A stretch of DNA of 64,000 nucleotides from the NCBI GenBank assembly GCA_951406725.2, contig OX597815.1:10788001-10852000 (forward strand). The letters run 5' to 3'. Under the pieces are notes generated by a model that did not search any database, had not been told where the DNA came from, and worked only from the letters and a program-made list of their open reading frames with translations. The first letter of the stretch is position 1. Every line of letters starts with the position of its first letter. This stretch comes from Octopus vulgaris. Taxonomy: Eukaryota. A program made the translations under genes and the position numbers. This document shows, in pieces, positions 62,190 to 64,000 of the stretch.

Positions 62190-62890
62190 TTGTTTGGGTG
62201 TTGGTACCTCAAATGTGTCCATGGGAATTTCATCTCTCATGACAGTTTCTTTTGTGAATCTTTTATTAAGTTGGTTTATATGTCTGTTATGTTCAAAATT
62301 TTTTCCTTTTACCAGGAATAACATTCTTCCAATCTGTTTAATAGTTACTGTTCTACTCGCTTCCTTTACCATATCTATAGGTTTTAAAAACAATTTTGTC
62401 ACCTAAATGGAAGAATTTTGAAGTATATTTGTTGTTTGCCTTTTTTTTCTATTTTCACTCAGTATCAACTTCCCAAAGACGGATCTGATCTTTCTAGCAA
62501 ACATCAATTCTGCAAGTGACATTCCAGGCTGCGTATTCAGATTAGGTGTTATTCAGTATTTCTATTCTTAGAAATTGTTGAAGTGCAAAGTCGTCCGTTA
62601 CTTCATTGTTCGCCTTTTTTAAAACTCTCTTAAAAGTATCAACGAAATGGTCTGCTTGTTCATTTGACCTCGGATGAGACAGCGGAGTGGTCACATGTTT
62701 GATAATGAGCATTTTACAAACTTGTTTGAACTTGTCTGAAGTAAATTGAATTCCATTGTCAGACACAATGGTATCAGTAATACAATATTTGGCGAACAGT
62801 TCATGTAAAAACTTACTGTAACTGCAGATGTTGGCTTTTTACATTTATGCACTTGAGGTCAGTTTGAAAAACTGTCCACCACAACAGTAA
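62190..62890 (-). mobile_element. Ty3/Gypsy integrase fragment
   Basis: SDNGIQFTSDKFKQ.C....IKHVTTP..HPRSNEQA..FVDTFKR, a degenerate rve core. Confidence 0.8.
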
Positions 62891-63276
62891 GATAAAATTA
62901 CAAACTATAATTTATCGTTCAGTGACATTTGGAAAAAAATTCCTTACTAAATAAGTTCTTTTAATTTCTAGAATATAAAAAAAAAATCATGTACGTTAGC
63001 ACGGAAAACGGATGTTAAACGATGAGGATGATGATGATGATGATGGTGTGTCTTATTCATATATTTTGACATGAACTTCCTACTTCTGCGCTTTTGCAAA
63101 GAAGACTCTAAAATGCTACGAGATGTAATGGTAATTAATTGAAAGCATTGAGGGATTTAATAGCAAGGAAACTTTTTTATAAGCCAATATAGAAATATAT
63201 ATGTGTGTGCGGGTGTGTGTATTTCCTCAAAATTGATTGTTCCCTCCATCTCTCTCTCTCTCTCGCTTCTGCTCTC

Positions 63277-63316
<40 letters not shown>

Positions 63317-64000
63317 TAATCATATCAAAGGGAAATAGAAGTTAATAGAAATTTTCATTTCCAGTGGTCTAACGTGTAAAAATTTAGTCCAAAGACTATG
63401 TATTAGTCATAAAATACAGTGTACATTTAAACACATAAGGAATCCACTCATGGGATTCAACATGCTAGAAAGAACAGCTAGGTTCTATAACCACAAAATT
63501 AGGGAAAAAATTCGACAGGAATGAAATGAAAAAATAAAAATATTTTACCATCTAATTTCCTGGACTAATTGGTTTCTGATTTTAGTTTAGCAAGTAAATA
63601 ACTTTTACTCGCGAGGTGAAATTGTTTTCAACAGGGACACATATATATATACTGTAAAAACCCATGTACTTTACGTACTTTTTTTTTGCGTAAATTACAT
63701 GGGTAGATCGTTTCCAGAATTATTTTGAAATTTTTTGTTTGGAAAAAGATTTACAAAACGAAAACATTCGTACTGGAAGTTGACTTATTTAATGTCAGAA
63801 TAAGTTTTTAGAGAAAAAATAATGACTTAATTATGATGAAGTTGACTTTTATTTATACTGGATTTTAAAATGCTTAATTTTTTTGCATAAATTTACTAAA
63901 ACCGTTAAATGGTTAACTACTTTTTGAAGTCTGATGTTCATGCTGGTAAATAGGGTCTGAACCTGAAACCATATGGTTGGGAAGCAAGCTTTTTACCACA

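Overview
Eukaryotic, AT-rich, repeat-dense animal DNA. It is most likely from an octopus or other coleoid cephalopod; this is inferred from the tRNA-derived SINE families, the RTE-type (GAT)n-tailed elements and the clustered KRAB-less C2H2 genes. Three host genes are supported, all on the + strand: two tandem C2H2 zinc-finger genes (12 fingers at 24140-25198; 18 fingers at 38325-39890) and the first two exons of a secreted GH3 beta-xylosidase/glucosidase-like gene (50581-50912 and 61046-61205), which continues past the window. The rest is mostly transposon material: three SINE families, RTE, Hero-like, CRE-like and CR1 LINE fragments, a Gypsy integrase relic, mariner and hAT relics, non-autonomous Helitrons, GG-terminated MITEs with 8-9 bp TSDs, and large microsatellites. 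Most short ORFs in the track are spurious. The most notable observations are: (1) copy-number-variable arrays of a ~63-nt predicted pseudoknot-plus-hairpin RNA module in the RTE 3' tail; (2) a strand-specific C-depleted segment whose surviving Cs lie in hairpin stems; (3) SINE multimers with an identical junction at independent loci; (4) (TA)n-embedded fold-back elements with a shared tail motif; (5) a permuted finger-block relationship between the two zinc-finger genes. TE family names come from motif recognition only, and many TE boundaries are approximate.
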